Assembly (NCBI GenBank): GCA_017539215.1
Contig: JAFYHI010000052.1
Span: 17,270-81,269 of the forward strand
Reading direction: 5' to 3'
DNA from: Clostridia bacterium
GTDB taxonomy: Bacteria; Bacillota; Clostridia; Christensenellales; CAG-138
Length of the DNA: 64,000 nt
The position numbers and the translations under genes were made by a program. Positions 1-9,626 of this stretch are shown here, in pieces; the first letter of the stretch is position 1, and the number at the start of each line of letters is the position of its first letter. Under the pieces are notes generated by a model. The model did not search any database. It was not told the DNA's origin and worked only from the letters and a program-made list of their open reading frames with translations.

Positions 1-219
1 CGCAATTGCGCCGGAGAGCGGAACGTGCTCGCGCCGCGTGCCGGAGGTCGGCTTTATCACCCCCGCGATAATGCCTATCAGCGTGGATTTGCCGGCGCCG
101 TTCGGGCCGACAAGCCCCAGCGCCTCGCCCGCGTGAAGGTCAAGGCTGACCCCGTCAAGCACGCGCTCGCGCCCGCGCTCCATTACTATGCTGTCAAGTG
201 AAAGTACGGTTTCGTTCAT
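1..219 (-). CDS. ABC transporter ATP-binding protein, N-terminal fragment (gene continues beyond left window edge)
   Basis: Own reverse-strand translation from ATG (complement of 217-219): [53 protein letters not shown]..., with Walker [10 protein letters not shown]. Absent from the ORF track because there is no stop inside the window. Confidence 0.85.
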   Translation of the reverse strand, partial: MNETVLSLDSIVMERGRERVLDGVSLDLHAGEALGLVGPNGAGKSTLIGIIAGVIKPTSGTRREHVPLSGAIA

Positions 220-284
220 ATCGTAAAAGGCGGAGCCGACCGATCGCGCGGCCGGCCCCAAGTCGGAAACGAGTTGAAATGAGC

Positions 285-2096
285 TTAATTGAACAGGAAC
301 ATCCTGCCCAGAGTCCCGGTAAGGTTTTGAAGCATACCGTCGAAGATTTCGCCTATCTCGTCAAGAGTTTTGTCCGAGACGTCGGTGGGGGAGACCGTGG
401 GTGCTTCAACGCCGCTGCCCTCGGTCACGCGGGCGGTGATCTCTGCTTTTGCTATGTCGCCCGCATCGTCGTCCTCACCCGGGGTGTACGTTATCTTATG
501 CACCATGGCGTCGCCCTCGGCCTCGGAGTCGATAACGATGCTCATCCCGCCGTCCGCCATGCGCAGGTTTATCCTGCCGGCGTGGGTGCCGAGCGCGGAC
601 TCCTTCGTCAGATCGAGCGCGATCCCGCATACCGCGAAATCTTCACCGTTCATCCTTTCGATAATGGTCCCGTCAAGGCTCGTATCGGTCTTTGAAACGT
701 CAAGCTGCACGGAATCGACGAATTCCTCGCCGCCGTAAACGGTCACGTTCTCGATATAGGTGCGGTCAAAGGTCTTGCCGCCCGTCGCCATGGACTTGAG
801 CGTGTCAATGGAAACGCGGGCCTCGTCGGTGATAAAGCGGTGGGATACAAGCTCGCTGCCGTCCGCAAGCACCTGAAGCTTAAAGTGCGCGTCTGCAAGC
901 TCGTTTGCAAACCTTTCGGCGTTCACGCGCAGGAATTCGGGCAGGGTCGCGGGGGTCTCGGGGCCGTCCGTGTCGTCGTCTGCCGACTCGCTCAGGCTGA
1001 TGACCGCCTCATATACCGGGGCGAGCTTTTCCGCAAGATAGCAGCCGTCCCTGTCCAGAATATCGGCCATGGCATTGAAGGCCTTTTCAAGGTCCTCGGC
1101 GGACGGCGTCACGGTGTAGCGGTCAAAAACGCCGTCCCAGGTCCCGCCGAAAAGCTTGTCTGAAGCCTTGCGCTCCACCTCGGTATTCTCACGCGTGGAG
1201 GCCTTGGCAAGCGCCGCCAGCAGCTCCATGACCTCGCGGCGGGTCTTCTGCTCGTCCAAGGGCTCAGTATCGAGCTTTTCGAAAGAGGCGGGATCAAACC
1301 CGTCGGCTTCCTCGGCAAGCTTGCCCATAAGCGCCTGAATGCCTATCGTATAGTACTTATCGTCAAGCTGGGGCACATACAGGCCCAGCGTTTCGTCCGT
1401 GCGGGTCACGGTAGCGTCAAGCAGGGGATTGCCCTTGAACTCAACGCCAAGACGCATGTTCGTGCTGTCGGCGCCGCAGTCCAGATCGATGCCCGCATTC
1501 ATCCGTTCAAGCAGAGAGGATATCACCGTGGTCTCGCTGAAAAGCCCCGCAAGCCCGTCCGACGAGGACTCTATCCCGGCGGTCAGGTCGATATGCGCTT
1601 TCACGTCCCTGCTCGCGCGCACTTTGTCCTGCGCGTCGAACACGCTGTCAAGAGCGCGCTCAACCTGCGCCTTTTCGGCCAGGGCCAGCTTTATCCTCGA
1701 AGGAGGCAGCAGCTTTGCATACGCGCCCGTAAAGTACAGCGCCGCACATGCGCCCAGTATCAGCAGCGCCGCAATGGCGATTATGAGCCCCGCCTTGGAC
1801 TTGCGCTTCTTCGGCGCGGCCTCCGCTGCGGAGGACTTGCCGTCCGCAGGTTTCATGCCGTCCGCAGGACTGCCGTCCGCAGGACCCGCAGACCCGCCGT
1901 CCGCAGGACCCGCAGGCTTCCCGCCGTTCGCAGGACCCGCAGAGTTCATGCCGTCCGCAGGACCAGCAGACCCGCCGTCCGCAGGACCCGCAGAGTTCCC
2001 GCCGTCCGCAGGACCCAAGGGGTACTTCTCCCCGCAAACGGGGCAGAACAGAGCGGCGTCCTCCAGAGGCTCACCGCAGTTGGGGCAGTATTTCAT
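285..2096 (-). CDS. zinc-ribbon membrane protein with Gly/Pro/Ala/Asp repeat linker and large extracytoplasmic domain (function unknown)
   Basis: 603 aa. N-terminal CPNCG...CPVCG zinc ribbon, GPADGG-type repeats, one TM helix ([21 protein letters not shown]), and a C-terminal domain of about 420 aa with no motif I recognise. SD AAGGAGG lies 8 nt upstream of the ATG. Same strand as, and 66 nt upstream of, the ABC ATPase gene. Confidence 0.75.
   Translation of the reverse strand: MKYCPNCGEPLEDAALFCPVCGEKYPLGPADGGNSAGPADGGSAGPADGMNSAGPANGGKPAGPADGGSAGPADGSPADGMKPADGKSSAAEAAPKKRKSKAGLIIAIAALLILGACAALYFTGAYAKLLPPSRIKLALAEKAQVERALDSVFDAQDKVRASRDVKAHIDLTAGIESSSDGLAGLFSETTVISSLLERMNAGIDLDCGADSTNMRLGVEFKGNPLLDATVTRTDETLGLYVPQLDDKYYTIGIQALMGKLAEEADGFDPASFEKLDTEPLDEQKTRREVMELLAALAKASTRENTEVERKASDKLFGGTWDGVFDRYTVTPSAEDLEKAFNAMADILDRDGCYLAEKLAPVYEAVISLSESADDDTDGPETPATLPEFLRVNAERFANELADAHFKLQVLADGSELVSHRFITDEARVSIDTLKSMATGGKTFDRTYIENVTVYGGEEFVDSVQLDVSKTDTSLDGTIIERMNGEDFAVCGIALDLTKESALGTHAGRINLRMADGGMSIVIDSEAEGDAMVHKITYTPGEDDDAGDIAKAEITARVTEGSGVEAPTVSPTDVSDKTLDEIGEIFDGMLQNLTGTLGRMFLFN
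1838..2016 (-). repeat. in-frame tandem repeat inside the zinc-ribbon protein gene
   Basis: The plus strand shows reiterated ccgtccgcaggaccc(g/a)cag units. They encode about 8-9 imperfect copies of GPADGG(S/N)A ([43 protein letters not shown] ...). Confidence 0.8.
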
Positions 2097-2295
2097 AGAC
2101 TTTACCTCCTTTTATGGGTTTACAACAGCATATTAATGCAAGCCCCGCCGCTTGTCAATAAATGGCCCGCAACTTTTACCGGGATTTTACATTCCCCGCT
2201 TTTTCCGGATGAAAGCGGCGAAAAAACGCCCGTCCCGGCGAAGGCCCGCGAAACGGCTTTACACGCATTTTACGGAAGGTTTCGAATGCACGCTG

Positions 2296-2324
2296 TTGAA
2301 AAACGCCCGTCTTGGTGATATAAT
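2296..2324 (+). promoter_or_regulatory. predicted SigA-type promoter with extended -10; the transcript would be leaderless or nearly so
   Basis: TTGAAA (2296-2301), 17-nt spacer, TGaTATAAT (-10 hexamer 2319-2324). The ATG of the downstream ORF is at 2331, only 6 nt after the -10, and there is no SD. Confidence 0.5.
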
Positions 2325-2330
2325 ATTTTT

Positions 2331-3770
2331 ATGGAAGACATGACTGAAACCAAACCCGATAAGGGCCGGGCGCTTCGCGGCGTGCTGACGGCGCTGATAC
2401 TTGCAGGCGCGCTTGCCGTTTTCATACTCTGGGGCCTTACCGAAAGCACGCTTACCGTGCCGGGCGCCGCCGTTGCCGCGGCAACGCTGTGCCTTTTCGC
2501 GCTGGGGCTCGTGCTGTGCCTGCCGGGCGCTGTGCGCTTTTTCTCCGGAGAGGAGAAGGTTCGCCGCCTTGCCGCCTCGGGCGACCGTTCCGGCGCAAGG
2601 CGCCGCCTGCATCCCGTGTTCGGGGTAATGCTCACGCTGCTTGCCGCAAGGTTCATTTTGATAGCCGTCGCGTACGTTTTCGGGCGCATATTCTCGGACG
2701 TGCACGGGTCGGTCTTTTCGTCGCTTAAGGATATCTGGCTAAAGCTCGATACCGACGCCCCGCACTACTTCTCGATAGCCGAAAACGGCTATGTCACCTC
2801 GGGGGACGAAATGTACTCGCTGGTGTTCCTGCCGCTGTTCCCTGCGCTTATCCGCGCGTTCAACTTCGTTTTCAAAGACAGCTTCACATCCGCTTTCATA
2901 ATCAACACGCTCTGCTCCTGCGGGGCCGCCGCCGTTATCTACGAGCTGGCCCTTCACGATGCCGGCAGGCGCACGGCGCGCCTTGCCGTGGTGTTCGCGT
3001 TTGCGCTGCCCGCCGCCATATTCTACGCCGCGCCCATGAGCGAGGCGCTGTTCCTGCTGCTGACGGCCTCGGCGCTCTTGGCTGTCAGGCGCGAGCGGTT
3101 CCTGCTTGCGGGGCTCCTGGGCGGGCTTGCCGCTTTCACGCGGTCGCCCGGGGCAATACTCATCGTGCTGTATGCCGCTGAGGCCGCGGCCTGCGCCGTG
3201 CGCAAAAAACGCTCGGGCACGCTGAACGCGCTGTTTGCCGTAAAGCTTGCCGCGGGCGCGCTGCTGCTGCTTTCGGGCACGTTCGGGTACCTGCTCATAA
3301 ACAGGCTCGTTTTCGGCGACTGGTTCAAATTCGTCGAGTTCCAAAGGGATATCTGGTATCAGCAGCCTGCGTTCTTCTTCGACACCGCCGCCCTGCAGAC
3401 GGATATGTTCTTTTCCACCGTGGGCGTCGCCAACGATGAGGCGCTCGGCCTGTGGCTGCCGAACCTGCTTTACATCGGCGGAGCCCTGCTCGTGTTCGCG
3501 CTGTCGGCAAGGACGCTGCGCACCTCGTATGTGCTTTATTTTGCCGCATACTTCGCCGTGGTATGCGGGGCTTCGTGGCTGCTTTCAGCCCCGCGCTACC
3601 CTACCGCGCTCGTCGTGCTTCCGCTTGCGCTCGCGCATCTGTGCGACAGCCGCGACGACGGCGTTGCGCTGGGCCGCGCCCGCGCAAAGGCGGCAATAGC
3701 CGTTTCGGTCCTGCTTGTGGGCCAGGTCGCTTATATCATTATGTACACGGCGGATTACTGCATATACTGA
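2331..3770 (+). CDS. polytopic membrane glycosyltransferase, PIG-V-like mannosyltransferase family (GT-C fold)
   Basis: 479 aa with many hydrophobic helices. The motif DAPHYFSIAENGY ... LVFLPLFPALIR resembles the D-x-x-HY-x-IA-x-x-GY / FFPL signature of the PIG-V family. An alternative ATG at 2340 is possible. Confidence 0.6.
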   Translation: MEDMTETKPDKGRALRGVLTALILAGALAVFILWGLTESTLTVPGAAVAAATLCLFALGLVLCLPGAVRFFSGEEKVRRLAASGDRSGARRRLHPVFGVMLTLLAARFILIAVAYVFGRIFSDVHGSVFSSLKDIWLKLDTDAPHYFSIAENGYVTSGDEMYSLVFLPLFPALIRAFNFVFKDSFTSAFIINTLCSCGAAAVIYELALHDAGRRTARLAVVFAFALPAAIFYAAPMSEALFLLLTASALLAVRRERFLLAGLLGGLAAFTRSPGAILIVLYAAEAAACAVRKKRSGTLNALFAVKLAAGALLLLSGTFGYLLINRLVFGDWFKFVEFQRDIWYQQPAFFFDTAALQTDMFFSTVGVANDEALGLWLPNLLYIGGALLVFALSARTLRTSYVLYFAAYFAVVCGASWLLSAPRYPTALVVLPLALAHLCDSRDDGVALGRARAKAAIAVSVLLVGQVAYIIMYTADYCIY

Positions 3771-3814
3771 TACCGCCTGTCGGTTCGGCTTTGCGCCGGG
3801 AAAGGATCTTTGAT

Positions 3815-4570
3815 ATGCTGCTTTACAGTATCGCGCTTTTAAGCTACCCCTACGCGTCAAGGGCCGTGGGGTCCATGCCAAGCCGCTACACGTTCCTGCT
3901 GCTTGCCGCGCTTGCCGTGATGGTGCTGGGCATGTTGGCCCAGGTCGGCGTGCAGAACACTTTCAGCAAATACTCCCAAATGCGCGCCATGTCGGGGCTT
4001 ACCGCGTCGGAGGTCGCAAAGGAGCTTTTGCGCAGCAACGGCAGCTCAGTTCAGGTGCGCCCCACCGGCGGCGCCCTGACCGACAACTATAACCCCAAGG
4101 CGGGGTGCGTTTCGCTCAGCCAGTCGGTCTATTCGTCAACGAGCGTCGCCGCAATAGCCGTCGCCGCGCACGAATGCGGGCACGTTATGCAGTACCAAAA
4201 CGGTTACGCCGCGATCAAGCTGCGCAATGCGCTGCTGCCCGCTGCCAACATCGGTTCAAGGTTCTCGTATTTGCTGGTGATACTCGGCATCTTTATGGGT
4301 TCGTTCGGCTACACGGTCAGCATGATAGGCGTGGTGCTGTTCGGCGCGGTGCTGCTGTTTCAGCTTCTGACCCTGCCGATAGAGCTTGACGCATCAAGGC
4401 GCGCCCTGGATATGCTGAACGCCGGCGGCTACATTGCGATAGGCGAGGAGGAGTCCGCCGCCAAAAAGGTGCTCCGCGCCGCCGCGTTCACATACGTCGT
4501 CGCAGTGCTTTCCGCCGCGATAAGCTTCTTAAGGCTCCTTGCCATCGCGCAGTCCAACCGCCGCCGCTGA
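3815..4570 (+). CDS. putative neutral zinc metallopeptidase (Zn_peptidase_2 family), membrane protein
   Basis: HExxH motif (AAHECGHVMQ) and TM helices at both ends, the architecture typical of this family. I chose the start at ATG 3815 because of SD AAAGGA 8 nt upstream. The ORF-track start at 3452 overlaps the upstream gene and adds an Arg/Ala-rich non-protein-like extension. ATG 3875 is an alternative. Confidence 0.75.
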   Translation: MLLYSIALLSYPYASRAVGSMPSRYTFLLLAALAVMVLGMLAQVGVQNTFSKYSQMRAMSGLTASEVAKELLRSNGSSVQVRPTGGALTDNYNPKAGCVSLSQSVYSSTSVAAIAVAAHECGHVMQYQNGYAAIKLRNALLPAANIGSRFSYLLVILGIFMGSFGYTVSMIGVVLFGAVLLFQLLTLPIELDASRRALDMLNAGGYIAIGEEESAAKKVLRAAAFTYVVAVLSAAISFLRLLAIAQSNRRR

Positions 4571-4587
4571 GCTGACCTCAGCCCATT

Positions 4588-4617
4588 GCTCTCCGCCTGA
4601 CGCGGGGAGCTTTTTTT
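4588..4617 (+). terminator. rho-independent terminator
   Basis: Stem gctctccgc / gcggggagc (one G-U pair), loop ctgac, followed by TTTTTTT (4611-4617). Confidence 0.7.
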
Positions 4618-4625
4618 GAATCGTG

Positions 4626-4703
4626 CCCGCCTCCCGCGCCGGATCCGGGAAGGCATAAACGAGCCGCCTCCCACGCGGGCATAATCGCACCCGCCTCCCG
4701 TGC
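4626..4703. repeat. three imperfect direct repeats of CCGCCTCCC-containing 14-mers in a terminator-flanked spacer
   Basis: cccgcctcccgcgc (4626-4639), gccgcctcccacgc (4663-4676), cccgcctcccgtgc (4690-4703). Their reverse complement reads GGGAGGCGG (SD-like). Confidence 0.6.
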
Positions 4704-4723
4704 TGGCGCCCGCACACACAAAA

Positions 4724-4746
4724 CCCCCCGAAGCAGCTTCGGGGGG
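4724..4746 (-). terminator. rho-independent terminator of the NlpC/P60 gene (A-run on the other side, possibly bidirectional)
   Basis: Stem ccccccgaag / cttcgggggg with loop cag(c). On the minus strand it is followed by TTTTGTGTG. Confidence 0.55.
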
Positions 4747-4763
4747 TCTTGACTGTCGATGGT

Positions 4764-6521
4764 TTAGCTTCCGAATATCCTGTACGCGCAGTAGAAGGTC
4801 TGGCGCCAGTAATTCTTGTTGTAGGTGCGGTAGACTATCTTGCCCTCGTTGGAGGAGGCGTCGACCATGTAGCCGCCGCCTACGGCAATGGCAACGTGCC
4901 CGCTGTAGGTGCCCATCTTGTAGACTATGACGTCGCCGGCCTTTATGTTGGACATGGAGCCGATCCTGGGGTACCTGTTGGTGGTACGCCATTGGTACGA
5001 GGTCATATAGCTTTGCTGTACGCCTGCCTTGTTAAGGCACCAGTACACAAAGCCCGAGCAGTCGAACGCATCCGGCCCCTTTGCGCCGCGCACATACGGG
5101 CAGCCCAGCTTGCTCTTTGCAATGCGGATAAGATTGTTTATCTTGTCCTGCGTCGAGCTTGACGGCTTGGGCGTCGCCGTGGGCTTTACCGTGGGCTTTG
5201 CCGTGGGCTTGGGCGTCCTTGTGGGCTTTGCCGTGGGCTTGGGCGTGGTGCCGGGTCTGGGCGTCCTTGTGGGTTTGGGCGTCCTGGTAGGCTTGGGAGT
5301 GGGCGTGGGCTTGGGAGTGGGCGTGGGAGTCGGCGTTGCGGAGGCGGGCATATCGGCCCTCTTCGCGTCGTCTGAGAAGAGCTTTTCAAGCGTCTCCTTT
5401 GCGACCTTGCCGTCCACGGTCAGCTTGTTGTTCTTCTGGAACAGCTTGACCGCATTCTCCGTGACCTCGCCGAAATAACCCGTGATCTCCCTGCGGAGCA
5501 TGTAATTGAGCTTATACAGGCGGGTCTGTATCCTCTCAACGTCGTCGCCGCTCATGGTCAGCTCAAGCTTGTTGTACTTGGCGTCGTCGCTCATCAGCGC
5601 GATCCTCGTGGCGGGGCCTATATGCCCGTCGACGATTATGTCGTTCCTGCCCTGAAAACGCTTTACGGCATTGACGGTGTCCTTGCCGTACTTGCCGTCG
5701 GGCTTGGTTGAAAGATAACCCAGGTCAAACAGCTTGTTCTGGTACTGTTCAACGTCCTCGCCCGTGGAGCCTATGTAAAGGGAATTGGGGACCGCGTCCT
5801 CATAATACAGGGCTTCCTTGGTCTGAGAACCGACCATGCCGTCCACTTCCAGATGGTTCTTCTCCTGGAAGCTCCTGACGGCGGTTTCCATCGACTCGTC
5901 AAACTTGTTGTCCGTGACCTCTTTAAGGTAGTCCAGCTCGTAAAGACGGTCTTTCATGGCGGCGATATCGGTGCCTTCGTCGCCCAGACTTGCCATGTAA
6001 AGCCTTGCGGAATTCGACATCAGCAGCGAATAGTCCGCCTCTCTGATCTCGCCTGTTACCTCAAGGCCGTTCCTGCGCTGGAAGGCCTTTGTCGCCTCCT
6101 GGGTTATGGGGCCGAAAACGTTGGTGGGTTCATCGTAGTCCATATAGTTCAGCTCCATAAAACGCTGCTGAATATCTATGACCACGTCGTTCTTGTCGCC
6201 CTTTGTCAAATGCAGGGGGACGGGGGTGGGAGTGGGATCCGGCGTTGCGGTGGGGACCGGAGTGGCGGTGGGCGTCGGAGTGGGTACCGGCGAAGGAACA
6301 AGTACGGTATCCTCGGTGGGAGTGGGATCCGTTTTATGTGCAGCTCCCGAAAGCTTCGGAATGAAAATGCAGGCAAGCACTATCGCCGCAATAAGGCCGC
6401 CGGCGCCTAAAAGGAAGGGCAGCAGATGCCGCTTCACATATTTGAACGCCGTTGCAAACCTGCATGAGATACCGTCGAAAAGGTCCCCCATGAAGGCTTT
6501 CAGCCTATCGGTGAACTTCAA
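4764..6521 (-). CDS. cell-wall hydrolase: N-terminal TM anchor, Pro/Thr linkers, multiple peptidoglycan-binding (PG_binding_1-like) repeats, C-terminal NlpC/P60 domain
   Basis: The C-terminus [23 protein letters not shown] ... [16 protein letters not shown] gives the NlpC/P60 Cys and His. There are at least four repeats of the form V..FQ..N.L..DG..G..T. Two TPTPTP linkers are present. Start placed at TTG 6521 because a perfect SD GGAGGTGAT sits at 6534-6526. The ORF-track start at 6536 lies inside that SD. Confidence 0.8.
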   Translation of the reverse strand: MKFTDRLKAFMGDLFDGISCRFATAFKYVKRHLLPFLLGAGGLIAAIVLACIFIPKLSGAAHKTDPTPTEDTVLVPSPVPTPTPTATPVPTATPDPTPTPVPLHLTKGDKNDVVIDIQQRFMELNYMDYDEPTNVFGPITQEATKAFQRRNGLEVTGEIREADYSLLMSNSARLYMASLGDEGTDIAAMKDRLYELDYLKEVTDNKFDESMETAVRSFQEKNHLEVDGMVGSQTKEALYYEDAVPNSLYIGSTGEDVEQYQNKLFDLGYLSTKPDGKYGKDTVNAVKRFQGRNDIIVDGHIGPATRIALMSDDAKYNKLELTMSGDDVERIQTRLYKLNYMLRREITGYFGEVTENAVKLFQKNNKLTVDGKVAKETLEKLFSDDAKRADMPASATPTPTPTPKPTPTPKPTRTPKPTRTPRPGTTPKPTAKPTRTPKPTAKPTVKPTATPKPSSSTQDKINNLIRIAKSKLGCPYVRGAKGPDAFDCSGFVYWCLNKAGVQQSYMTSYQWRTTNRYPRIGSMSNIKAGDVIVYKMGTYSGHVAIAVGGGYMVDASSNEGKIVYRTYNKNYWRQTFYCAYRIFGS

Positions 6522-6593
6522 GCGTATCACCTCCAATCGAAAAATATGAAGTCATTATAGCACATTCGGCTGAAAAAGTGAATGAATATATTG

Positions 6594-6616
6594 AAAAAAC
6601 AGCCCTTGTCGGGCTG
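6594..6616 (-). terminator. rho-independent terminator downstream of pth
   Basis: Stem cagccc / gggctg, loop of 5 nt, followed on the minus strand by TTTTTT (complement of 6594-6599). Confidence 0.6.
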
Positions 6617-6707
6617 TTTCGGGGCAGTTTTTACCGATTTTTCATAATTCAGATGACACGATGTCGGCGTCAAACGCCGTTTTCGGACGGTTTCCGGTTA
6701 GCACCGT

Positions 6708-7394
6708 TCACTCGCCGTCCGCCGGTTTTTCGGTGTTTTTGCGGGGATTGTTCTTGCCCTTGTGGTTGTATTTGGCCTGCGCGTCCTGCATGCGCCCCGC
6801 AACGATAAGCTCCACAGCGGACGCGGCGTCTTGGAGCGCGGAGGCTACAAGCGGCCTCTCCTCCTCTGAAAAAGGCCCCAGAACGTGGCCTATCATGCCG
6901 TGCTCGGCGCCGCCGATGCCCACCCTCACACGGGGGAAGTCGTCAAACCCAAGCTGATACACTATGCTCTTCATGCCGTTGTGGGTGCCGGCGGAGCCTT
7001 TTTCGCGCATACGCAGGGTGCCGACGGGTATGTCGGCGTCGTCGTACACCACGATAAGGCGGCTGTGCCCGACTTTATACCAGTTCAGAAGGTCGCGCAC
7101 GGCAAAGCCCGAATTGTTCATAAAGGTCTCGGGCTTGGCCAAAACCACCTTCTCGGAGCCTATGCGCCCCTCGCCGAATACGGACCTGAAATTGTGCCGG
7201 CGGATATCTATCCCGTGCCGCTCTGCCAGCACGTCAAGCGCCATATAGCCCGCGTTGTGGCGGGTGCCGGCATACTCCCTGCCGGGGTTGCCCAGGCCGA
7301 CTATCACAAACATACCTTCATACTCTTCGGGGGTGAAGCGCACCTCACCGCCGTCCTTCTTGAAAAGATCCCTGATGGCGTTAAAAAGCTTCAT
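6708..7394 (-). CDS. pth: peptidyl-tRNA hydrolase
   Basis: FVIVGLGNPGREYAGTRHNAGYMALDVL matches the Pth N-terminal signature. The N-terminal extension of about 27 aa could be real or the start could be at Met28 (7313). Neither start has a good SD. Confidence 0.9.
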   Translation of the reverse strand: MKLFNAIRDLFKKDGGEVRFTPEEYEGMFVIVGLGNPGREYAGTRHNAGYMALDVLAERHGIDIRRHNFRSVFGEGRIGSEKVVLAKPETFMNNSGFAVRDLLNWYKVGHSRLIVVYDDADIPVGTLRMREKGSAGTHNGMKSIVYQLGFDDFPRVRVGIGGAEHGMIGHVLGPFSEEERPLVASALQDAASAVELIVAGRMQDAQAKYNHKGKNNPRKNTEKPADGE

Positions 7395-7440
7395 AATAAA
7401 ATTCGGACGGGCGTACGAATCAGCTCGGCCGCCCGTCCGA
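7395..7440 (-). terminator. rho-independent terminator downstream of buk
   Basis: 11-bp perfect stem tcggacgggcg / cgcccgtccga (7403-7413 / 7430-7440), followed on the minus strand by ATTTTATT. Confidence 0.65.
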
Positions 7441-7450
7441 TAAGTTCAAA

Positions 7451-8533
7451 TCAGCCGAGGTACTCCTTGGGCTGCTCCTCGCCGGAGAGCACGCGCACCG
7501 CGCCTGCCGCCAGCGCGGACAGCTCGCCCTCGCCGGGGTACACGAACACGGGCGCTATAAACTCGGAGTGCTCGACAAGGTACTCGGAGAGCGCCTTGCT
7601 GTAAGCGATGCCGCCCGTGATGAGCACGGCGTCGACCTCGCCGCAGAGCGCGGCGGCCATCGCGCCGATGTTCTTGGCGATATTGTAGGCCATCGCCTCG
7701 TAAACGAGCTTCGCGCGCTCGTCGCCGGCCTCGATCATCTTCTCCACGTCTATCGCGGAGTTGGTGTTGAAATACGCCATGAGGCCGCCGCGGCCGGCGA
7801 TCAGCTTGTAGATCTCCTCACGGGTGTAGCCGCCGTCGTAGATGAGGTCGGCGAGCTGCTTTGCGGGGAGAGCGCCGCAGCGCTCGGGGGTGAAGGGGCC
7901 TTCGCCCTCCATGGCGTCGGTGACGTCGACGATGACGCCCTTCCTGTGCGCGGCAACGGATATGCCGCCGCCCAGGTGCGCCACGACGAAGTTGTGCTCC
8001 TCGTACTTCATGCCGTTCAGCCTGCAGTGGTAGCGGCAGACGGATTTCTGATTGAGGCAGTGGAATATGCAGCCGCGGCGGATCTGGGGAAGACCGGTCA
8101 CGGCGGCGACCTCGTCGCGCTCGTCAACGGTGACGGGGTCGACGATGAAGCTGGGCTTGCCGTAGGTCTCGCCGAAAGCGCGGGCGATAACGCCGCCGAG
8201 CATGGAGGCATGGCGCTGCGCGCTGGGCAGGTTCTTGAGGTCGTCCATCAGCTTGTCGTTGATGGTGTAAACGCCGCTCTTCAGCGGACGGACTATGCCG
8301 CCGCGCCCGACGAAGGCGTCCATCTCGGAGAGCTTGTAGCCGTGCTCCTCGATAAGCTGCTCGACCAGGTCCATACGCATGTCCTTCTGGTCGTGTATGG
8401 CGGCGAACTTCGAAAGCTCCTCCTGGCTGTGACGCACGGTGCCCTCATACAGCATCTCATAACCCTCGTAAACGCCCACCTTGGTGGAAGTGGACCCGGG
8501 GTTGATCGCAAGTACGCGATATTTCGGTTCCAT
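7451..8533 (-). CDS. buk: butyrate kinase
   Basis: 360 aa. The N-terminus YRVLAINPGSTSTKVGVYE and overall similarity to the acetate/butyrate kinase (ASKHA) family at the typical Buk length. SD AAGGAGA is upstream. Confidence 0.9.
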   Translation of the reverse strand: MEPKYRVLAINPGSTSTKVGVYEGYEMLYEGTVRHSQEELSKFAAIHDQKDMRMDLVEQLIEEHGYKLSEMDAFVGRGGIVRPLKSGVYTINDKLMDDLKNLPSAQRHASMLGGVIARAFGETYGKPSFIVDPVTVDERDEVAAVTGLPQIRRGCIFHCLNQKSVCRYHCRLNGMKYEEHNFVVAHLGGGISVAAHRKGVIVDVTDAMEGEGPFTPERCGALPAKQLADLIYDGGYTREEIYKLIAGRGGLMAYFNTNSAIDVEKMIEAGDERAKLVYEAMAYNIAKNIGAMAAALCGEVDAVLITGGIAYSKALSEYLVEHSEFIAPVFVYPGEGELSALAAGAVRVLSGEEQPKEYLG

Positions 8534-8633
8534 AAACTTTTCTCCTTTCGGATAAGTATTGTTTCCAAATAATTATTATACCGCCCGCGGCGTGCGTTGG
8601 CAAATATATTCGGTCCTCCTGCGCGGCGGCCCG

Positions 8634-9512
8634 TCAGCCGTTCCGCTTTTCAAGGCCCTCGCGCCCCAGCTCCCTCGCGTACTGAAAAATGTACTGCTGT
8701 ATAATGCCGGAGTACTCGCCCAACGCGTCAACGGCCTCGTAAAGCTCGGCCTTTGCCGCCTTGTTCCCGTCAAAGAAGAGCGCCTTCATCGCGCGGTCTA
8801 TCCACACGTCTATCGGGAAGGCGTCGCTGTGCTGCAGCGAAAACAGCAGCACGCAGTCGGCTACCTTCGGACCGACGCCCGAAAAACTCAAAAGCTCCGC
8901 TCTCGCTTCCGCAAGGCTCATATCGCGCAGCGCCTCAAGGCGGTATCCGCCCGCCACGCGCTCCGCCGCGGCCTTTATAAACGGGGCGCGGTACCCCGTG
9001 CCAAGGGCATAAAGCTCCTCTTCCGTCAGCGCCGCTATGCGCTCCGGCGTCGGGAACGCGAACAGCGTTTGGCCCATGAATTCAAGCGGCTCGCCGCATT
9101 TTTCGCAAAGCCGTGCGACTATGCCCGATATGCGCTTTATGTTGTTGTTCTGCGATATTATAAAGGAAATGAGCGCCTCGAACGGCTCCTGATTGAACAC
9201 CCTTATGCCGTGCGCCGCAGGGAAGCACACCGCAAGCCGCGGGTCCTTAATGACGCGCGCCTCTATCCCGGCGTAGCCGCGCCCCAGGTCAAGATAATGC
9301 GCCCACATGGCGGCGGAGGCGGGGGAGGCCCCGGTTACGATAATGCTGTCGCCCTCCTGCGTCAAAAGCGCGGGCTCGCCGCGCACCACGCCAAGCTGCC
9401 CGCCCATAAAGGGACGCCAGCGGAACGCCTGCCCGCAGGAACAGCTTTTTTCAAGATCGAAGCAGTCTATGCCGCGGAATATCACCGCGCCGTTTTCTAT
9501 CTTTATGTCCAT
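8634..9512 (-). CDS. ogg: 8-oxoguanine DNA glycosylase / HhH-GPD family base-excision glycosylase (Ogg-type)
   Basis: 292 aa. An N-terminal OGG-like segment (CGQAFRW) plus the HhH-GPD core FSGVGPKVADCVLLFSLQHSDAFPIDVWI. Confidence 0.8.
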   Translation of the reverse strand: MDIKIENGAVIFRGIDCFDLEKSCSCGQAFRWRPFMGGQLGVVRGEPALLTQEGDSIIVTGASPASAAMWAHYLDLGRGYAGIEARVIKDPRLAVCFPAAHGIRVFNQEPFEALISFIISQNNNIKRISGIVARLCEKCGEPLEFMGQTLFAFPTPERIAALTEEELYALGTGYRAPFIKAAAERVAGGYRLEALRDMSLAEARAELLSFSGVGPKVADCVLLFSLQHSDAFPIDVWIDRAMKALFFDGNKAAKAELYEAVDALGEYSGIIQQYIFQYARELGREGLEKRNG

Positions 9513-9597
9513 GGTTCGATTGTACCATCCTGAACGAAACTGTCAAGCCCGGGCGAGTTTTTCCTTAAAATATATAGCTTTTATTCTCGAATCGCTA

Positions 9598-9626
9598 TTG
9601 ACACGGCGAAGGTTTTAGTGTAATAT
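9598..9626 (+). promoter_or_regulatory. predicted SigA promoter of the rplU-prp-rpmA operon
   Basis: TTGACA (9598-9603), 17 nt, TAATAT (9621-9626). Confidence 0.65.

Noticed and set aside
3452-3814. N-terminal extension of the Zn-metallopeptidase ORF overlapping the glycosyltransferase gene
   Set aside because: The extension is Arg/Ala/Pro-rich, overlaps the 3' end of the upstream gene in another frame, and precedes a good SD-ATG at 3815. Similar over-extended starts were trimmed at 17313, 18829, 18811, 25065, 32355, 33090, 33840, 36668, 37184, 37550, 48015, 48721, 48843, 49289, 50592, 50785, 51774 and 61951.
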